Source: an uncultured Candidatus Bathyarchaeia archaeon (GTDB taxonomy: Archaea; Thermoproteota; Bathyarchaeia; Bathyarchaeales; DTEX01). Taken from it: a stretch of 31,599 nucleotides of DNA. Under the pieces are notes generated by a model, which was given only the letters and a program-made list of their open reading frames with translations, was not told the origin of the DNA and did no database searches. Below, in pieces: positions 27,425 through 31,599 of the stretch. The position numbers and the translations under genes were made by a program. The DNA is taken from the NCBI GenBank assembly GCA_964539065.1, contig CAZIFH010000077.1:1-31599 (forward strand), written 5' to 3'. The first letter of the stretch is position 1. Every line of letters begins with the position of its first letter.

Positions 27425-27670
27425 ATGGATTTGAGTGAAATAGCTTCAAAATACGGAACGATTTTTGACAAAGATGAAACTTAATGAAAAATTATCTTCA
27501 GATTTGAGAGAAAAGGTTTTAGCAATTGTGTACAAGGCTAAAAGATATCTTGAAGATGCAAAGTATTATTATGAAAAAAGAGGTTCGATGCAATCTTGGT
27601 TTCAGTAGTTTACAGTGAGGGTCTATTGGATTCTTTGCGTATGCTTGGTTATGTTCAGTTTTCTTGGTAG
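27425..27670 (+). pseudogene. DUF357-like protein pseudogene, two frameshifts
   Basis: MDLSEIASKY / KMK...KVLAIVYKAKRYLEDAKYYYEK / FDAILVSVVYSEGLLDSLRMLGYVQFSW. The YLEDAKYY and Y.EGLLD.LR.LG motifs lie in different frames. Confidence 0.75.
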
Positions 27671-27681
27671 GTTACTCAAGA

Positions 27682-28149
27682 ATGGTTGAAGAAAAGAAGA
27701 AAACAGTGGTTTTGACTTCAGGAGCTTTCGATCTGCTACATTACGGGCACGTCTACTATTTAACTGAGGCGAAAAAGGTAGGAGGCGAAAACGCTAGGCT
27801 GGTCGTCATCGTCGCCAAGGACAAGACAGTTGAAAAGTTCAAGGGTAACAAGCCTATTATCCCCGAAGATCAGCGGAGAGCCGTAGTTGAGTCTCTGAAG
27901 GTTGTTGACGAGGCAATCTTAGGCTACGAGGATATGGACATGCTTCGAGTCATAGAAAAGGTTAAGCCCGACGTCATCGCCCTAGGTTACGACGAAGAAA
28001 GAATTGAAAGAGACCTCAAAAAACTTTTGGAAGACAAGGGACTAAACATTAAAGTTATAAGAATCAACCAGTTCACCGAAAAAGACCTCGTTAGCTCCTC
28101 AAAAATCAAGCGGAAAATAATCGAAAACTATCACGCGAACAAAACATAA
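27682..28149 (+). CDS. ribL: Archaeal FAD synthase (cytidylyltransferase superfamily)
   Basis: GAFDLLHYGH (HxGH), LVVIVAKD, PIIPEDQRRAVVESLKVVDEAILG, KPDVIALGYD, SSSKIK. Likely start ATG 27682. Confidence 0.8.
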   Translation: MVEEKKKTVVLTSGAFDLLHYGHVYYLTEAKKVGGENARLVVIVAKDKTVEKFKGNKPIIPEDQRRAVVESLKVVDEAILGYEDMDMLRVIEKVKPDVIALGYDEERIERDLKKLLEDKGLNIKVIRINQFTEKDLVSSSKIKRKIIENYHANKT

Positions 28150-28223
28150 GTTCTGTATAGACCTAAATTTTGCTATAGAAATTGGGAAAAAATGAAAGTG
28201 GTGGATTTATGGGAATTCTGTAT

Positions 28224-31200
28224 TCACTTATGAATTACTATGCTACCGCCACTAATAGCAGTTGTCAAGTCTACGATGTCTGAATCACCTATTTGGTTGT
28301 CATAGATTGTTGCACCTGTTTCTTTGTCCCAGATTCGTATTCTGAACATGTCTCCATCCTTAGAGCTGCCATCAACGATTGATAGTACGAAGCCGTAGTC
28401 TCCCGCACCGTTGACTGTACCAGATCCCTTACACATAGCTTTGTTTCCTGAAACCACCAGCCACTCGTATCCTGTACCCTTAAATTTGACGCTTGCAGAT
28501 GGGAAGTGAAACTCGAGGTTTCCAGTTGGAACATTTGTGCCTTTTAGATATTTCGAGACAAAGGAGAAGGTTGCTTTACCTGTAAGTTTGGGGTTGATGG
28601 TGTATGCTCCTGCTGGTGACTGTATCCATCCGCCGCCTGTGACAAAACCTGCATTCGGATCATAAACTGCAACGTACCCGAACTTTGCTGTGCCAGAATC
28701 GCCGTAATCGTCTGTTACAGTAAGCGTCACAATGTAGACGCCGGCCTCAGCATAAGTGTGCTGGCCATTTATCTGACCGCTTCCATCTGCCTCTATCACA
28801 GTACCTTCAGATGTGGTTCCGTCGCCCCAGTTCCAAACAGCTGTGTGGCTGTCGAGGAATCCTTCGTCGGTGAAGTATGCATAAGCAGTGATCTCATTAT
28901 TGATCGTCACAGGGTCTGTTGAAGCAACTATTGAGCTGATGACTGGTGCCACGTTTCTAACAGTCACGGTAAAGGAATCCGAGTTTAATCCTCCATCATC
29001 ATCCGTAACCGTTAATGTAACCGTGTAGGTGCCTTCTTTCCCATACTTGTGAGTAGGAGCCAACGAGTCTTTGCAATTTGTCCCGTCACCGAAGCTCCAC
29101 AAGACCATGTGACTGTCAGCTGCTCCTGGGTCCGAGAAGCTACCTGAAAAACTCACGAGGCTTCCCTCGTCGACGGTTTGGTCTTCGCCAGCTTCCACTG
29201 TTGGAGCCACGTTAAGTATCGAGACTGTAACTATTTCGGTGTCTGTTAAGCCATACTCGTCGGTGACTCTGACCGATGCTGTGATCACTCCATCATCCAC
29301 TGTGGGTACAGAGATGGTTGCTCCTTGAGCATCGTCGTAGTCTCCATCTGAATCTAGGTCCCAATCGTAATTCGCGATTGTTCCGTCAGGATCATATGAT
29401 CCTGTTGCATCCAGCCATATTACTTCTCCTTCACCTACACTTTCAGGAGCATTTATGGAGGCGATAGGTGGCTTGTTGATGTTAAAGGTTAACGTTGACG
29501 GCGCTTCCTGGTTTCCAGCGATATCCGTAGAATAGAAGCATACGGTGTGGTCTCCTGCCGTTGACACCGTTAGCGTATTTCCCTCGATGAAACTTGATCC
29601 GTCAAGCGACCAATATGTGCGGTCTACTCCTGAAGCTTCATCAGTGCCATGCAGGTTAACCACCACGTCTGAGATGAAAATTCCGCTGGGCGCCTGCTGC
29701 CCTAGAAGGGTAGCGGTTGTTTGAGGTGGTGTTTTGTCAATTTTGATTGTTGTTTGTTTTGTCGACTCTGTGTTTCCAGCCTTGTCTATTGAGTAGTACT
29801 GGATTACGTTTACTCCTTCTCGGCCTATTGTTATTGTGCCCAAATTGACTTCTTGATGTACGGTTCTCTGTAATAAAACGTTGTCGAATAACGCGTTAAC
29901 ATTTTGACCGTAGTCAGCCCAGGCGACTAGGCCAAATTTGCCTCTTGCTGCTTCAGGATCAAAAAACGTCAGACGACCTACCAAATAGTTGTCACCTAGC
30001 ATTCTTGCAGTTATTTGAAATATGCCCCCATCCTTTTTAACCGATAATACATACCATGAACCTAAAGAGATACCTTCACAAAAATACTCCATTTGTACGA
30101 CCACGCCATTTTTAACAACATACAGATATGAATAAGTAGGGCAGATTAGGCGAAGGGCATAGTAACTGTTTGTTAATTCATTGTAACCGAAAATCACCCC
30201 TCCTCCAGACGAAAAAGAATAGCTTTGAAGATTCACGTAGGTGGTTAGATTCCAATTGTCAAGCGAATCTGAGCCTGAAATTAGCGACTTCGCTACAACA
30301 CCTGCACCTGTACTTGCATTATAAATGCCGTTAATGACTGTCCATGTTCCGCTCTCAGGAACCCACTCTTGCTTCAATGCAGAGAAGTCATCATAGAAAA
30401 TGGTTTCCTGTTGGTAAACAAAGTCTTTGTAGTAGGTAAACCATTCACCTCCATTAACAACAAGCTTGGTTTCCAATGTGGCTCCGTCCGTAAAGTCGTT
30501 TGTCAAGTCGCTGCTGCTAAGTGAAATTTTAACGTCTGAGGTGTACCAGCCATTCTGGCCTAAAACGCCATCATCCACGCAGAGTTCTGTTTCAGGGCTC
30601 TGATTATCTCTATGATATAGGGACAGATAGTAACTGGCTTGATAATTTTTACAAATCCACATACCACCTTTTGGATTTCGCATGATTAGCGAAGGAGAAA
30701 ATGGATACAAGTTGATCTCATGGACAACTGTTCTAGTGCCACGATCGAAGAGAAGTATTCTTCTATTGCCTGAAGATGTGTCGCTGATCCATAATATACC
30801 TTGCTGGTCTATGTCCAAATAGTGATAGGTTTGATCACTTATTGGAAAAATGCTGATTTGTTGTATTGTGTTTGTTTTCGGATCATACTTTACGAATGGG
30901 TAGACTCCATAGTTCTGAGCATTAACTAAGGTCATCCAAACCATGCCAGCATTATCAACACATAGGGCATTTACGTAAAGATATTGTCCTCCGATTGGTA
31001 ACTGGTATGTAGTGTAGGTTTTGGTGGTAATGTTGAACTTGTAGAGTCGCTGATAAGAATTCAGCCAGAGATTTCCTTCGCTATCAACATATCTTATTCC
31101 TATATTACAAATATGCGGCACTGGATACACTGCTAAAGTGTCAGTGGCAGGGTTGTATTCGTAAAGGCATCTATATTCACCGTATCCCGGAGTTGGATTA

Positions 31201-31599
31201 TTATTTTCGATGTATACTAATCCGTTTTTGCCAACCACAACATTGCTAATCCAGATGTAATTCCCAATATTATAGGACTTTGTTGTAATGGTGCCTGTGG
31301 CAACATCAAATGAGTGGATCTTCAGATATGGATTGCTAGAAACTGCCATCCATATTTTCAGATTAGAATCAATATCCCATGAACTGACGCCAATTCCTGA
31401 TGGAAGAGGATAAAACACCTGGTTTCCTGTTTCAGCCTCAACCATCAGAAATCCTTTTAAACTGGCACTATATGAGCATGTCCACATATTACCGTTTACA
31501 TCTACCTTCCAATTGCTAGATGCAACCAGATAATCTTCGTAATGGAACATGTAAGGCTGCACGTCACCCTTAACTCCCACAAACCCAAAAGACGCTTCA
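28224..31599 (-). CDS. Large multidomain secreted/surface protein: beta-propeller, OmpL47-type Ig domains with inserted lectin-like domain, three PKD domains, conserved C-terminal beta domain (5' end outside window)
   Basis: The frame is open to the window edge (EASFGFVGVKG...). Repeating VD..G.lW blades; NGWYTSDV...YYSIDKAGNTE...IDKTPP; PKD motifs WSFGDG/HKY/YTVTLTVTDDDG; terminal GFVTGGGWI...GGSIVIHK. Confidence 0.85.
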   Translation of the reverse strand, partial: EASFGFVGVKGDVQPYMFHYEDYLVASSNWKVDVNGNMWTCSYSASLKGFLMVEAETGNQVFYPLPSGIGVSSWDIDSNLKIWMAVSSNPYLKIHSFDVATGTITTKSYNIGNYIWISNVVVGKNGLVYIENNNPTPGYGEYRCLYEYNPATDTLAVYPVPHICNIGIRYVDSEGNLWLNSYQRLYKFNITTKTYTTYQLPIGGQYLYVNALCVDNAGMVWMTLVNAQNYGVYPFVKYDPKTNTIQQISIFPISDQTYHYLDIDQQGILWISDTSSGNRRILLFDRGTRTVVHEINLYPFSPSLIMRNPKGGMWICKNYQASYYLSLYHRDNQSPETELCVDDGVLGQNGWYTSDVKISLSSSDLTNDFTDGATLETKLVVNGGEWFTYYKDFVYQQETIFYDDFSALKQEWVPESGTWTVINGIYNASTGAGVVAKSLISGSDSLDNWNLTTYVNLQSYSFSSGGGVIFGYNELTNSYYALRLICPTYSYLYVVKNGVVVQMEYFCEGISLGSWYVLSVKKDGGIFQITARMLGDNYLVGRLTFFDPEAARGKFGLVAWADYGQNVNALFDNVLLQRTVHQEVNLGTITIGREGVNVIQYYSIDKAGNTESTKQTTIKIDKTPPQTTATLLGQQAPSGIFISDVVVNLHGTDEASGVDRTYWSLDGSSFIEGNTLTVSTAGDHTVCFYSTDIAGNQEAPSTLTFNINKPPIASINAPESVGEGEVIWLDATGSYDPDGTIANYDWDLDSDGDYDDAQGATISVPTVDDGVITASVRVTDEYGLTDTEIVTVSILNVAPTVEAGEDQTVDEGSLVSFSGSFSDPGAADSHMVLWSFGDGTNCKDSLAPTHKYGKEGTYTVTLTVTDDDGGLNSDSFTVTVRNVAPVISSIVASTDPVTINNEITAYAYFTDEGFLDSHTAVWNWGDGTTSEGTVIEADGSGQINGQHTYAEAGVYIVTLTVTDDYGDSGTAKFGYVAVYDPNAGFVTGGGWIQSPAGAYTINPKLTGKATFSFVSKYLKGTNVPTGNLEFHFPSASVKFKGTGYEWLVVSGNKAMCKGSGTVNGAGDYGFVLSIVDGSSKDGDMFRIRIWDKETGATIYDNQIGDSDIVDLTTAISGGSIVIHK

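Noticed and set aside
26632-27670. General sequencing error as the cause of all frameshifts
   Set aside because: Lesions concentrate in dph5, DUF357 and accessory genes and come with missense decay, while long core genes with many homopolymers are intact. It remains possible for the single-indel cases.
27682-28149. Elevated GC in part of ribL as a sign of gene replacement
   Set aside because: Hand counts vary from 32/60 to 20/60 within the gene, which is too inconsistent to support the claim.

Overview
Archaeal chromosomal window, most likely TACK lineage and probably Bathyarchaeia (inference from eS30 next to an HMf-type histone, NucS and the r-protein order). In order it holds: (1) a HAD-hydrolase remnant and a GC-rich KaiC/RAD55-like ATPase with a frameshifted small partner gene; (2) aIF5B/IF-2; (3) an acyl-CoA module of ADP-forming acyl-CoA synthetase, a BioD-like/DRTGG protein and a divergent CoA-transferase-GNAT fusion; (4) the L22 to L18 block of the ribosomal superoperon, including S14, which the ORF track misses; (5) housekeeping genes (ECF-type membrane protein, amidohydrolase, S30e, methyltransferase, NucS, S17e, histone); (6) a decaying accessory tract ending at the 3' end of tRNA-Glu, with an IS5-like remnant, a frameshifted GH38 alpha-mannosidase, a membrane H+-PPase remnant and an ABC permease fragment; (7) an intron-containing tRNA-Glu(CTC) and a two-intron tRNA-Lys(CTT); (8) a dph5 pseudogene with four frameshifts and a co-decayed DUF357-like gene, followed by an intact FAD synthase; (9) a large 5'-truncated multidomain surface protein. 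I found no clear novel multi-gene system. The strongest observations are apparent ongoing loss of diphthamide synthesis (dph5 plus DUF357), the two-intron tRNA whose splice structures exclude each other, and the acyl-CoA/acetyltransferase module. Family assignments come from motif recognition, not database searches.
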